Source: the human T2T-CHM13v2.0 reference genome, Homo sapiens. Taken from it: a stretch of 64,000 nt of DNA. A model generated the notes under the pieces. That model searched no databases and was not told where the DNA came from. It saw only the letters and a program-made list of their open reading frames with translations. The translations under genes were made by a program, and so were the position numbers. Shown piece after piece: positions 13,485 to 32,064 of the stretch; position 1 is the stretch's first letter, and every line of letters begins with the position of its first letter. The stretch lies in assembly GCF_009914755.1 (NCBI RefSeq), contig NC_060931.1; one strand, written 5' to 3'.

Positions 13485-14044
13485 TCAAGTGAAGGACTTC
13501 ATCCTTGCCACAGAATGCGTCACCTTCTGGAGGGCTTGATGGACTGCTACCCGACCAGATTTCCCCTTTATAAACAGAGTCCAGCCACCTTGGCCTTATC
13601 TCCTGGATTCTAAAATAGCTCATCAATTTAATAGCATTCAGGTTGTTTATGCACACACAAGACCCTTTGAAAATAACCATTTTCCTGTCACCAAACAGGC
13701 ATTTTGAAATCAACTAATTGGATGGTTTTCTGAATTCAACTCATTGTTTTAAAAATAACTAGTTGTTCCACCGAATTACATTTTTTTTTTTTTTACCCCC
13801 AAGCCAATTGGTGTGTGTAGACAGAGTTTGAGTTGATCCAGGTGTCTGGCTGCATTTTTGACCTGAACTGATTGACTGCATGTTTTGTGGTCAGATATAT
13901 ACAGCTCTTGATAGCCACAGGGGAAAATGGAGTAGAAGGGAAGGAAGGTGTAGGAAAGTTAGGAGAAATTATATCAACAAAAGTTTCCATCTTGAGTGCT
14001 GTGGATCAAGCCATTTTCTGCAATCAATCCTCCCTCCCCCTCAA

Positions 14045-14101
14045 AACACATGCACGCACATGCGCACGCACACACACACACATGCACACACACACACACA
14101 T
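14045..14101 (+). repeat. Imperfect (CA)n microsatellite
   Basis: acacatgcacgcacatgcgcacgcacacacacacacatgcacacacacacacaca. Confidence 0.9.
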
Positions 14102-15104
14102 AGTTAAGAAAACAAAAATAAAGTAATAACATCCCTCCCAGCTGGCTCTGCTCATGGCTGTGGGTCTTTTCTTTCTTTCTCTCCATGAATTTCATTACTG
14201 TTTGTGTGGCCTGTGGAGGGATTCTGGCAACTCAACTTCATAGGTTTCGCTACCACTTAAGCTGACTTTTCCTTCCTGTGGGGAGCTCTCCTTTGACGGG
14301 CTCAGTGTTCCTCTCAGTCTGCTAAAGGCAAGGCAGGAATGAGAGGGCTTCGGTCAGACCTGTACCCCGTAATTCCAAGCATGAGGCCTGACACTGACCC
14401 ATGTAACCACTTTTCCTGAGGGAAGCTGGGAGTTTCCTGTTATGCGTGTAACCAGTTCTCTCCACCCAGACAATTACCGGTACATTTTGAGAAATTCAGA
14501 GTTTTGTACCATCTATAGTTTCCATAATTAGTTGTCAAATTCCACTGGCCTGAGGAAGTGCAATTCAGATGCTTTCAAAGACTACTTCTTTCAGACTTAT
14601 CATTTTGATTTCTTCATTTACCTTACTGATAACATGATGAAAGTAGAACAGAGACAGACTTTCCTTGAATGACTTATCCTTAGGTTTTTCACTTGTGAGC
14701 AAGAAAAGGTTCTCTAAACATTTACAATTGAACTGTAAGGGTGATCTTGAAGATGTCTTCTGCTTTTATTTTCACAAATTCTGAATGAACTGTATGACAT
14801 AAACTCATTTTTCTACTGCCCACAGTACTTTTCTATCTGCAGTGCAAAGGTCACTGCAGTGAAGAGAAGAGCACAAGAAATATTCTGAAATTTGACCCAT
14901 TTATATTGTTCTCAACTTTTCTCTCTCATCTAGTAAATCCCAAATTGGCATTTTTCATAACATATCATTTTTCCTGCCTGGCTCTTTAAGGTGAGTATTG
15001 ATTCCCATAAGCCTTCCATAGACATCTGGATAACATTCAAAGTTTTTGCCTATGACATTTAGGTTTTAAAGCACTGCCACATGGCTTGTTGGGATTTTTT
15101 CTTT

Positions 15105-15325
15105 TCTTTTAGACTTGGGGTATGGTTCTGTCTTCATTGCTGACCAGCTATGTGACTTTGGTATTGCCACTTTATCTCTCTCAATCTCAGAGGGTTTCCT
15201 ATGAATATTAAGGGGGTAATAATACTTGCTTGCCTGGTCTATCTGATAGGGCTGCTGGAAAGAACAATCAGATAAGGTATGAGGAAGTCCTTTGTGAGAA
15301 GTAGGAAGTTTTAAACAAATACAAG
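15105..15325 (+). mobile_element. MIR SINE (degenerate)
   Basis: 'gaccagctatgtgactttgg', 'gggggtaataatacttgc', 'gaaagaacaatcagataagg'. Confidence 0.65.
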
Positions 15326-15725
15326 AGGTTCTGAAAGGAGACAATTTAACTGGGATTATTAGCTAGTCCTGGAAATATGGCTCTTCTTTCTCAGATTAAG
15401 AGGTTTGTTATCAGGTCCCCAAATTTTACTATGTGTTACCATTACTGTAATCCTTGTTTGTTGAATTGAAACACCCCAAAAGATCAAATTCTAAGGAAAA
15501 AATGCTATGAGTGGATATACTGACTAAGATTTGAGAATCAATAATATTAGTACAGGAATAAGGACATTTGGCAGGGTTGAATTTTTTTAATGTTAGTGAT
15601 ACTATGAATATGTTATAGTGCATCAGTATTATGAGTTCTGTTTGTAGCAAAACTAGGATGAGAAATAGAGATCTCTCGATTTCAGAATTGTGGCTGTTTC
15701 AGGTGTGAATACAATACAGCTCATA

Positions 15726-16020
<295 letters not shown>

Positions 16021-17329
16021 CTGAACTGCTCATAGAACAATACTGTGCTGATCTTTTTATATTAATGAGAACTAAACCATTTTTTTTTGTGAAAATACAC
16101 AGAAAAACAGTAGGTGATTCCATCCTTCATTCTTTGATGTTTCTCTTTAACTGGCTCATCCTTGAGTGGTGTAGGGCATTTGATAAGCCCCAGATGGTTT
16201 AGAAGCACACAGGTAATATATCTGCTTTTTATTATCATCTTGTCTAGCTGCTTGCATGTGATTAAATGACCTCTTTGCCATAAGACCAGTTACACCAAGG
16301 AAGATGAACTTTCTCTTCTATATGTGAGATAACTGTTTTCCCTCCACACCATAGAGTATTAGCTGAGAGACTGACATTGTTTCCATTTACTGGCCTTTTT
16401 CCTCTGAACAAGAGTCACTTCATTACCTAGTACCAAGCAGAAGAAAAGAAAGTAAATATGGCATGATATTTCCATAAGGTGACAAATTAGAAATGGTATG
16501 AATATATGTGAGTTTGATGGTGAAGTTGAAAACTGGGGTAGATCTGGCTGTAAGCTCAAGTTTGAAATCTTTTTTCAGAGGTGAATTTAAGCTCCTGTAG
16601 TTACATCCAGGAAATATGAACCATTACTAAGATCTGGGAATTGAGGGTAAGGCCAAAAGATAAAACAGGTCTGGAAATGTAATTGTAATTGGGGAGGCCA
16701 AATGACAGAGGTTAAGCCCTGAGAAATGGAAAGGCAAATTGGTGTCTGAGAATTCCTGGGCCTTTGGCAGGTCTCTTGCTGGATCCAGGCCAGCACTGAA
16801 CACTTCTTAGCTCCCGTACTCTCCACACGGACTTGTTTTAAGGAGAAGCTGGAGGAAGACTAAGCAGGATCCAACACCGTGAAGTTAAAGGAGACCCTCT
16901 GAGGGCATATGCCTGCCTTCAAACTTACAAATCTGCAAACCTTTGGTAAGCTGGCACTCCCAAAAGCTGGCATTTGTGGCAAACCTGCCAATGAACTCAC
17001 AACTAAAGACGCAAGATCTGTCATTTCTGATCACTCTGGAGGTTAAAAACAAACCTGGCTAAGGACCATGAGGATGAGAATTTTACCCTCATCACTGTAT
17101 CACCAGTGCTTAGAACACAGTGACTGCTGAATAAATGTTAGTAATAAATGAAAGAGAAAGAAACAAGTAAATAAAGTAATGTTTGTTAAAACAAACAAAG
17201 CCAAATCTGGCTTTGATGGCCTTTAAAAGAAGTAGCCTTAAGGTTCAAACAATAATGTGAATACCTGCAACATGCCAGACACTTTACCTATATGATCTCT
17301 GGTCCCTTCAAAGATTTGGCAAGATTGTA

Positions 17330-18390
17330 TTTTTCTTAGCATACAGAGAAGTTGTACAATGCATTGTAATATATGTGTAATATCACATGGGTCTATGTAT
17401 CCATCCATTCACTGACCAAGATTAAGTTTAAAAAAATTGTGATAAGAACGCTTAACAAGAGATTCCCCCCTCTTAACAAAATTTTAAGCATATTATACAT
17501 TATCATTGACTATGGGTACAATGTTGTACCCATAGTACAAATTTATAGAGCCTATTCCTCTTGCTTGACTGAAACTTTATGTCCTATTCTTCCTTATCCC
17601 CAGTCCCTGGTAAACACTATTCTACTCTTTGTATCTATGTATTTGAACATTTTAGATACTTTTTGTAAGTGTAATTGTGCAGTACTTGTCCTTCTGTATC
17701 TGGCTTTTCTCACTTAGCATAATGTCCTCCAGGTTCATCCATGTTGTTAGAAATGGCAAGATTTCCTTCCTTTTGAAGGCCAAATAGCATTCCATTACAT
17801 GTGGATACCTCATTGTCTTTTTAAAAAACTTTTATCAAAACTTCAGGGTTATATGTGCAGGATGTGCAGGTTTGTTACATAGGTAAATGTATGCCACGGG
17901 GGGCTGTTGTACAGATTATTTCATCATGCATGTATTAAGCCTAGTATCTATTAGTTATTTTTCCTGATCCTCTCCCTCCTCCTACCTTCCACCCTCCAAT
18001 AGGCCCTAGTGTGTGTTGTTCCCCTCTATGTGTCTGTGTGTTCTCATCATTTAGCTCCCACTTATAAGGGAGAACATGTGGTATTTGGTTTTCTGTCACA
18101 TTGTCTTTATCTATTCATCTGTCCATTGTCATTTAGGTTGTTTTCACTTCTTGGCTATTGCAGATACTGCTGCAGTGAACAGGAGAGTGCTAATATCTGT
18201 TTAGGATCCCGATTTCAATTCTTTTAATGAATACCCAGAAGTGGGATTGCTGGATCATATGATAGTTCCATTTTTAATTTTTTGAAGAGCCTCCATACTG
18301 TTTTCCATAGCAGTTGCACCATTTTATATTCCCATCAACAGTATACAAGTTTCCAGTTTCCACATCCTCACTAATACTTGTGGTCTTTTT
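17330..18390 (-). mobile_element. Old L1MA-type 3' end, split by a younger L1PA fragment
   Basis: 'cttagcataatgtcctccaggttcatccatg' before the insert and 'atacccagaagtgggattgctggatcatatg' after it. Confidence 0.82.
17821..18098 (-). mobile_element. 5'-truncated L1PA13-16-type 3' UTR
   Basis: 'gtgcaggatgtgcaggtttgttacataggtaaa...ttagttatttttcctgatcctctccctcc'; TSD cattgtcttt at 17811-17820 and 18099-18108. Confidence 0.85.
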
Positions 18391-19336
18391 GAAGGTTAAC
18401 TTTTTAATCCTCATTGTAAGTGAAGGCTTAGACCGATAAGGCTACTTGCCCAACGTTATCTAGCTAACAAATAATAGAGTTGAAATTTGGACCTAGGACT
18501 ATCTGACTGTGGAACTTATGTCCATTCCACAACACTGTCCAGCTCTCGTGATCACTGTGTTGCAGCATAAGTTAAAGCAAGTCATCTGGAGAGTGAGTTG
18601 AAATAGCTGTTATTGAAAATGATTGCTGTTTAACTGAGGTTAAACCAAACGAACGACCTAGGAAGGGCTACTTTAGCCTTTCATTCCAGAATTACAGTTT
18701 TTAAAAAGCAGACCAATGCAGGACAGCCTGTATCTGTATATGCTGAATCATACATTAAAGAGGAAGAGAAAACTTATTTCAGAGGATTTGTTGTTATTTT
18801 TTAAAAATCAAATTTCATGATGTGTAGTAGGCCCAATACAGACTCAAGCTCATTGTCTTACCATTTTTGTATATTTACAAAATCCTACAAAAATTGAATA
18901 TGCTAAAACAGAGCATCAAGGATAGGTTATATTAGATTTCATATGCTTTGTTTACTAAGGCAGAGAAATAGGCAATACATTTTGGAAGGATTTCCATAGA
19001 AGGGACTGACACAGGTTTTCCAATAGGAAAAAATTAATAATAAATCTTCCTAAAACATTACTATAATCATTTCCAAACAATAAAATAATCAATTAGACCC
19101 CCATACAGTGAGATTTAGATAAATATAGTCTCTCACCTTTAGTATTTTATAATCTTGAAGAATCAATATCAAAGCCTTGGTTATTTAAAAATGTTAATGA
19201 ATTAACTTTTAAAATCTCTGACTTAGATTTCTGGAGATAAAGAAAATATGATAGAGGTATGTCTGTTTATATCTCCACTCTTGCAAAATTGCTTACAACA
19301 AACATTACTATCTTGCTTATTAGGAGAAAATTTAAT

Positions 19337-19684
<348 letters not shown>

Positions 19685-20774
19685 TGACTAATATTTCTTG
19701 AGCATCTCCAATGGAGCCATTACTGGGGTCTGTGTCATGAGGAATACGTTTTGTCATGTCTTCAACAGTATGTATTGGGGGCCTACTGCATTCTAGGCAA
19801 AGTTCTGGAGGCTATATGCAGAAATATAAGATTCCTTCCCTCAAGGAGTTCACTGACATAGAAACACAGATGGTCAGAGGTAGAAGGAATTTTACAAAGT
19901 ACGTAGTCCACCATTCTCAATTTACAGTTAAGGAGGCTGTAGTCCAGAAATGTTAAGTTACTGATCCAGAGTTGCAATGCTCAGAGTGGCAAAACAAGAA
20001 CTAGAAATGAGTTCTTTGACTGCTGGTCTGCCATTCTTTTCATTATTCCAATCTACTTGGGAAGGTGGGATACTCCCACACGAAACAACTGCTAACTTCA
20101 AAACAATACCAGACAAAAAACTGCTAACAAAACATATGGTATTAACCATAAGTTTAACAGGAGTTACGGAAGAACTGGAGACATCCAACAGAGCATAAAT
20201 CTTCTGAGTAATGACATGCAATGTATTTACGGCAGGGGAGACTTGCTATGCTTCTGACATGTTGTAAGGATGAATGAGATGAAGGCATTCCAAGGAAGCA
20301 TTACTTCCTGCTGGATCTTATCATCTTGCTCCTAAAATGATATGCTTTGGTACACAGGCTAGTATCTCATTTACAACAGAAAACATGATATAAATTAGGA
20401 GGGAAATAATCGACAAAATAAAATACAAAGGCTATGGAATTTAACCTCTGTAATTTACACCAAGATCTTCTGAGATGCACGACCTCATGCAAGCCATAGT
20501 TACTCTCTTCTGAGTGTTTCTTCAATAAAAGTGAGCTGAAGAAGAAAAGCATTCTTACTTGATAATTTTCATAGCAGGACTACGTTAGCTAGAAATTTAT
20601 CTTTAAATAAGCCACTTATTATTAGAAAGTTTTTATATGTTATTATCTTAATAGAAACTCTCCATAAATCAAGATGTGTGGATTTATTTTTGCAAAGAAA
20701 AGCATCACAGGGTTTCATTGAAAAACATTTACTAAGGGACTACTGCAGACCAAAGTACTATGCATATACTAGGG

Positions 20775-21404
20775 CAATGCTTCTCAAACTATCTATAGTA
20801 AAATCAGTTTATTTTATATTATTTTTATTTTCTATCTGACATAGAAAAACACTTTGGGAAAACATCATAAAAATGATTTACTGGAAAAACTGAAAAAGAA
20901 ATACAAAATATAAGGCCGTTAAAAAAATTATTTGCCTCAGTAGTGTGGCCAATTCTTCATGTGCTTACAAGTGGCAGCAATATAAAAATGCTATAAAAGT
21001 TTCTAGGGGCCGGGTGCAGTAGCTCATTCCTGTAATCTCAGGACTTTGGGAGGTGGAGGTGGAAGGATCTCTTGAATCCAGGAGTTCGAGATCAGCCTGG
21101 GCAACATTGTGAGACCCTCATCTCCGCATAAAATAAAAAAAATAATTAGCCAGGCATAGTGGTGCGTGTTTGTGGTCCCAGCTACTTTGGGAAGGGTGCT
21201 GAGGTGGGAGGATTGCTTGAGTCCAGGAGGTCAAGGCTGCAGCAAGCCAGGATCACACCACTCCAGTACAACCTGGGCAAGACCCTCTCTCAAAAAAAAA
21301 AAAGTTTCTAAATGTTTACTTGGTAGCAGTCACAGATGCACAGACTGGTAGCAAACAGGGCACCGACCAGCACAGGTACACAGACTGCACTCTGAGTAGC
21401 ACTG
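20775..21404. mobile_element. hAT-Charlie-type non-autonomous DNA transposon (MER5/MER119-like), interrupted by an AluJ
   Basis: Imperfect terminal inverted repeats caatgcttctcaaact / actctgagtagcactg; decayed 8-bp TSD tactaggg / tactacag. Confidence 0.7.
21008..21299 (+). mobile_element. AluJ (Jo-like)
   Basis: 'gaggtgggaggattgcttgagtccaggaggtcaaggctgcag'; TSD aaaagtttcta. Confidence 0.92.
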
Positions 21405-21635
21405 TACTACAGGGAGTACAGAAAAGAAGCATATGAATCCCTACTCATTTAAAGCTGTCAAGTTATTGTGGAGATACATATACAATGTGGCGAGTGTAGT
21501 GGTCACCCCAATATTGGTACCGCAAGTGAGGCAGCCCCTGGGCCTGGTTGGTAGGGTATGGTGTGGTTTGGACCTGCTCTCTCTTTCCTTTGACTGCAGG
21601 CCCCAACCAGACTGCCTCTCAAGAACACAGTTCTC

Positions 21636-21998
<363 letters not shown>

Positions 21999-23507
21999 TT
22001 ATGAGATGCTACTTTTGAAATTCCACAAGACTTAGGAGTGTCTGTAAGAGTTTGGGAAGGGGAAGGGAGAAGTTATCAAAAATATGAGTTGTTATCTGTG
22101 ATGGTGGCTGTTGATTTCCCATCATATGTTGCTTGAAATTCAGGGAGCTCTGGTGATAGGAAAGGACCTTAATGGAAGCAAACACTTGGGGTGTCAACTG
22201 TTAAATGCTAGTTGGCTTACTGGGGACCCAGGGTCCAGAGCATAAAGACCCAGAAAAAAACTTAGTGAAATAAAGATTCTATACATCATACATCAAAATA
22301 GATATATTACGTTACCTGAACCACTGTGTTTTTTGTTCCAAAATCATTCAAAGCAAAACAAAGTATGTGTGAATTGCCATGTGGCACATAAAGCCATGTC
22401 TCAGGCATCACCGGCATTTGGATTTAAAGCTACCATGCTCTCAATCACCAAACTACAAATCCCTTACATTTTTATAGAAAATTAAATATCCTATGCAAGA
22501 GACACAAAATGTTAGATTTACATACAGTGTATCTGCCCACCCAAAAAGAAAAATCAATGGACTGGGTTTTGAAGAAATATGTTAGAAATCTAGGTCAATA
22601 TCCCTTATACAAACAAACACAGAATAGAATAATTTTTTATTTGTGGTAACCAATATGATGCTACAAATAAAATTTTCAATAGTTTTTTCAAGCCTTGGAC
22701 TCTGACTTACAAGAAGCTCAGTATATTTGGTGGATTTACTGAGGTCAAAGCATAGTCCCTGGTCTGAGGAGAGGCTACCCATCTACAACTCACAATGCAA
22801 GCATCTCAGCTGGCTCTATTAATTTTCCATACACACGGAGCCAAATTCTTCCTGGGATTATTATGCAATTTTCAAAATGGCTCTAAGTCTTTCAACTTAC
22901 AAAGTTACTATTTATATTGCACTAGCCTGCTGGCTGGGATGAATAAATGAACACTTTTTCCCAAAGGACCATAATTCATTCTCTGGTCATAGCTTATATA
23001 TTTGGGAGCACTGGGATCAGTGTGCCTGGTGCCTCCCCTCCCGTCTGCCCCACAAAGGAGTCATACACTGTAAGAGAAGGGGAGAGAAAGTGGCCGTGTG
23101 CCATAGAGTGCAGAGGTGTGGCCAGGGAGGTGTTGACTGTGAGCAGCACCAGTCTCACATATAAGCAACTGTCTACATGATGTGATTTCAGGTGCACCAA
23201 ACAAGGCTTCATTGCCCCTCCATTTAAACACTCCCTTCCCACTGGTGGATGCCTGGAATGCCACAGTTTTTAGAGCTCTGTTCCTTTGGTTAAAAGTTTT
23301 GATCTTGTTAAAATACTCATACCCCTGGGTAGGCAGCCCCATTATAACCTATCAACCATATACACTGTAAGCAGATGAGTTTTAAAGTGTCTTCTGAAAG
23401 TAGGTTTTGAGAGTGTGGTTCAGGGCAGAAGATACTGTGTACCTAAGGGAGATAGGGAGAGGAGAACATCACCTGGGGGGCAAAGGAAACTGGGCCCAAG
23501 TCAAACA

Positions 23508-23510
<3 letters not shown>

Positions 23511-23550
<40 letters not shown>
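23511..23550 (+). repeat. (TG)20 microsatellite
   Basis: Perfect TG run. Confidence 0.97.
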
Positions 23551-23551
<1 letters not shown>

Positions 23552-25287
23552 CTGTGTGCATGGCTGCGTATGAGCTCCTCCCATGGCAGCAGCTGTTGAA
23601 CACCCTTTCTTAACCCTCTTCCAGAAAACTTGATTTTTGCTGCTTTTGGAGTCATAGAACCAGACTCTCCTCCCAGCCACAGCAAGATAATAGCTGCTGG
23701 CTACAGATGTGAATTCTCGAATTCTTTCAAACTGCAGACTAGGAGTGAAAGGTGAAAAAAGTTCTTCTGGGCCTGCTGCGCTAGTTAGCCTTCCTCTGGG
23801 ATCCAAAGAGAAAGATGGGGCCCAATGGTGCTACCTAAATGCTTCCAAATGGGCCTGAAAGCACAGAATCATAAATTGTCAAATGTGAACACTGGCTCAA
23901 TCACCACATCCTTTTGTGTTTCTAGACTGATTGTTTCTTTTTGTGTCTCTACTAGCTGACGAGTAAGGATGAATCACTGGCCTTACTTCTAACACAAGGA
24001 AGGGAGCCTTGAAAGGTAAGACAGTTGTTTATGTACAGGAAGAAAAGAAAACCCAGTCTTAATTCACAGTCGCCAATATGGGCAGTATATAGTATGTAAT
24101 GTAACAGATTGTATGCTTTGGTTAAGGATCTGGATTTTCATCAGTAAAATTCCAAGTTACTGGGTAGGCAGAGCAGACAGCTGCTCATGGCTTTCCTCAA
24201 CCTCAGTTTAAATTCCACTATTAGAGTCATCGCTTAGGGACTGGGAGGTTAGAAAATCTTTGAGAGGCACTTATAAAAATGGAACCACTCCTTAAACCTA
24301 GCAAGTTTTATTAACTCCTACCTTAGGTTGGCTAAAAGCTCTGAAGCAGCTGCTCGGAGGGGCAGCAGAAGCCTTTAGGCCAAAGAAATATTTTTCAAAA
24401 CCTCAGGGCCAGATTGCCTATGACATAGCCCAAATCCTAGTCATTCACATACCACCCCACACTTTCTGTTATATCTTCACATTCCCTTTACTATTAAATA
24501 TTTTTTCTTCAAACCAGCTCCCATTTTAATTGAAATAAATTTATCATGGCACCAGCTACTTAGCTTTGTCCTAACAAAATCATGGGTTGGATGTACTAGT
24601 TACATATATTTTTTCTTATCCACCATTAAAATAAATATTTATTAAAATGAAAAGCAAAAACTTCATTGGTCCACTTCAGTGAACCCAGAGATTCACACAC
24701 TTCACTATGGGAAGCACTGCCCTAGATCATACAAAGTGTATTAGATGTAAAAGCATATATTAAAAATAAGTCACAGTCTCCCTTTTCCAGGTACTCAATA
24801 CCCAGTAGTTGAGAACAACTACTGTATCTGTAGTTAGTTGCATGAGCTCTGGAAGATCATGAATTTATGGGAGGTCATGTCTTCCTCTGTAAGGTCATGA
24901 AATTCAATCAATGCTTGCCTTCTAATCTGCCCTTTTGTCACAGGGCTCCATAGATGGAACATATCAAACTCACCAGCCAAATTATGACTCTTAATTGGTG
25001 TTTCTTTTTCTTTTTCTTTTTTTCCACCTTCCTGCATTTTTTATTTATTTATTTTATTTATTTATTTTTTAATTTCATTATAATTACACTTTAAATTTTA
25101 GGGTACATGTGCACAACGTGCAGGTTTGTTACATGTGTATACATGTGCCATGTTGGTGTGCTGCATCCATTAACTCGTCATTTAGCATTAGCTATATCTC
25201 CTAATGCTATCCCTTCCCACTCCCCCCACCCCACAACTGTCCCCGGTGTGTGATGTTCCCCTTCCTGTGTCCATGTGTTCTCATTGT

Positions 25288-29113
<3,826 letters not shown>

Positions 29114-29176
29114 TATGATGTTAGCTGGTTATTTTGCTCATTAGTTGATGCAGTTTCTTCCTAGCCTTGATGGTCT

Positions 29177-30192
29177 TTACAATTTGGCATGTTTTTGCAG
29201 TGACTGGTACCGGTTGTTCCTTTCCATGTTTAGTGCTTCCTTCAGGTGCTCTTGTAGGGCAGGCCTGGTGGTGACAAAATCTCTTAGCATTTGCTTGTCT
29301 GTAAAGTATTTTATTTCTCCTTCACTTATGAAGCTTAGTTTGGCTGGATATGAAATTCTGGGTTGAAAATTCTTTTCTTTAAGAATGTTGAATATTGTAC
29401 CCTACTCTCTTCTGTCTTGTAGAGTTTCTGCCGAGAGATCAGCTGTTAGTCTGATGAGCTTCCCTTTGTGGGTAACCCGAGCTTTCTCTCTGGCTGCCCT
29501 TAACATTTTTTCCTTCATTTCAACTTTGATGAATCTGACAATTATGTGTCTTGGAGTTGCTCTCTCAAGGATTATCTTTGTGGCATTCTCTGTATTTCCT
29601 GAATTTGGATATTTGCCTGCCTTGCTAGATTGGGGAAGTTCTCCTGTATAATATCCTGCAGAGTGTTTTCCAACTTGGTTCCATTCTCCCCGTCACTGTC
29701 AGGTACACCAATCAGACGTAGATTTGGTCTTTTCATATAGTCCCATTTTTCTTGGAGGTTTTGTTCATTTCTTTTTATTCTTTTTTCTCTAAACTTCTCT
29801 TCACGCTTCATTTCATTCCTTTCGTCTTCCATTGCTGATACCCTTACTTCCAGTTGATCGCATCAGCTACTGAGGCTTGTGCATTCATCAAGTAGTTCTC
29901 GTGCTGTGATTTTCAGCTCTGTCAGGTCCTTTAAGGACTTCTCTGCATTGATTATTCTAGTTAGCCATTTGTCTAATTTTTTTTCAAGTTTTTCAACTTC
30001 TTTGCCATGGGTTCGAACTTCCTCCTTTAGCTCGGAGTAGTTTGATAATCTGAAGCCTTCTTCTCTCAACTTGTCAATGTCATTCTCCATCCAGCTTTAT
30101 TCTGTTGCTGGTGAGGAGCTGTGTTCCTTTGGAGGAGGAGAGTTGCTCTGATTTTTAGAGTGTCCTGTTTTTCTGCTCTGTTTTCCCCCCAT
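29177..30192 (-). pseudogene. L1 ORF1, disrupted
   Basis: ORF pieces 29863-30090 and 29572-29832 (KRPNLRLIGVP, ENFPNLARQ); terminal HAKL* motif. Confidence 0.9.
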
Positions 30193-31194
30193 CTGTGTGG
30201 TCTTATCTACCTTTGGTCTTTGATGATAGTGACCTACAGATGGGTTTTTGGTGTGGATATCCTTTCTGTGTGTTAGTTTTCCTTCTAACAGTCAGGAACC
30301 TCAGCTGCAGGTCTGTTGGATTTTGCTGGAGGTCGCTCCAGACCCTGTTTGCCTGGGTATCAGCAGCGGTGGCTGCAGAACAGTGGATATTGGTGAGCAG
30401 CAAATGCTGCTGCCTGATCATTCCTCTGGAAGTTTTGTCTCAGAGGAGTACCCGGCCATGTGAGGTGTCAGTCTGCCCCTACTGGGGTGTCCCTCCCATT
30501 TAGGCTACTTGGGGGTCAGGGACCCACTTGAGGAGGCAGTCTGCCCATTCTCAGATCTCAAGCTGTATTCTGGGAGAACCACCGCTCTCTTCAAAGCTGT
30601 CAGACAGGGACATTGAAGTCTGCAGAGGTTATTGCTGTCTTTTGTTTGTCTGTGCCCTGCCCCCAGAGGTGGAGTCTACAGAGGCAGGCAGGTGTCCTTG
30701 AGCTGTGGTGGGCTCCACCCAGTTCGAGCTTCCTGGCCACTTTGTTTACCTACTCAAGCCTCGGCAATGGCGGGCACCTGTCCCCCAGCCTCGCTGCCAC
30801 CTTGCCGTTTGATCTCAGACTGCTGTGCTAGCAATGAGCAAGGCTCCATGGGCGTAGGGCCCTCCGAGCCAGTTGCAGGATATAATCTCCTGGTGTGACA
30901 TTTGTTAAGCCCATTGGAAAAGTGCAATATTAGGGTGGGAGTAACCCGATTTTCCAGGTGTCATCTGTCACCCCTTCTTTGACTAGGAAAGGGAAATCCC
31001 TGACCCCTTGCACTTCCCAGGTGACGCGATGCCTTGCCCTGCTTCGGCTCATGCTAGGTTCGCTGCACCCACTGTCCTGCACCCACTGTCCAGCACTCCC
31101 CAGTGAAATGAACCCGGTACCTCAGTTGGAAATGTAGAAATCACCCGTCTTCTGTGTCACTCATGCTCTGAAGTTCATGTTTCTAATGGTAACT

Positions 31195-31318
31195 TCCCTA
31201 CTAGACTGTGATCGTCTTGAAGATATTATTATTATTTTGTATCCCAGTGTCTAGCACAGTAGAGGATACAAATAATGGGTACTCAATATATATTTATAGA
31301 CTAAATGAATGAATGAAC
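31195..31318 (+). mobile_element. L2 3' end
   Basis: 'ctagactgtga...tgtatcccagtgtctagcacagt...actcaatatatattt...aatgaatgaatgaa'. Confidence 0.7.
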
Positions 31319-31793
31319 AGAGTTAGAAATGTATTGCAAACATAATATTTTCATAAAGCCAATATTTAAGTAGTTGATTTATTTTTACCAATGTACTAAG
31401 GTTTCTAAAGAAGTAACCAGTTTTTTAAGGTCAAAAAACCATTTGTTTTTTATAGGTAAGTGATAAAGGATATTGGTTTAATTCATTTGGCTCTACCATA
31501 ACTCTCTGGAAGAAGTAGACTAGTCAAATCTTATAAGATGTGAGTATTTGGTGCTTGCTTATAAGATATTATAAGTAATTTCAAGATAAATTAAAGATAT
31601 ATTGTACATGTATATATAAATGCATATGTTTATCTTCGCCTGACATACCTGTGGTATTGTTTGTGAAAATAATGCAACTTGGTGCCAGTTATGGGAACAT
31701 ACACTGAATGTATGTAAGTTTTTCTTCAGTGTTTGGTGTTTCTTACCTAAGACATCAAGTTTCATAAATGTACATTTAAACGGACATAATCCA

Positions 31794-32064
31794 GGCTGGG
31801 CATGGTGGCTCACACCAAGGCAGGTGGATTGCTTGAGCCCAGGAGTTCGAGACCAGCCTGGCCAACATGACAAAACCCCATCTCTACTAAAAATATAAAA
31901 ATTAGTTGGACATGGTGGTACATGCCTGTAATCCCAGCTACTCAGGAGGCTGAGGAAGGAGAATTGCTTGAATCCCAGAGGCAGAGGTGTGGTGAGGTGA
32001 GATTGCTCCACTGCACTCTAGCCTGGGCAACACAGGAAGACTCCATCTCAAAAAAAAAAAAAAA
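31794..32064 (+). mobile_element. Alu (J/early S) with about 25-bp deletion in the left arm
   Basis: 'ctcacacc|aaggcagg' lacks tgtaatcccagcactttgggagg; TSD gacataatcca at 31783-31793 and 32065-32075. Confidence 0.92.

Noticed and set aside
24985-25036. agaaaca-containing match to the left L1 5' flank as a TSD
   Set aside because: Only 7 contiguous bases match and the rest needs several mismatches and a gap, too decayed for an element of this age; kept only as an alternative
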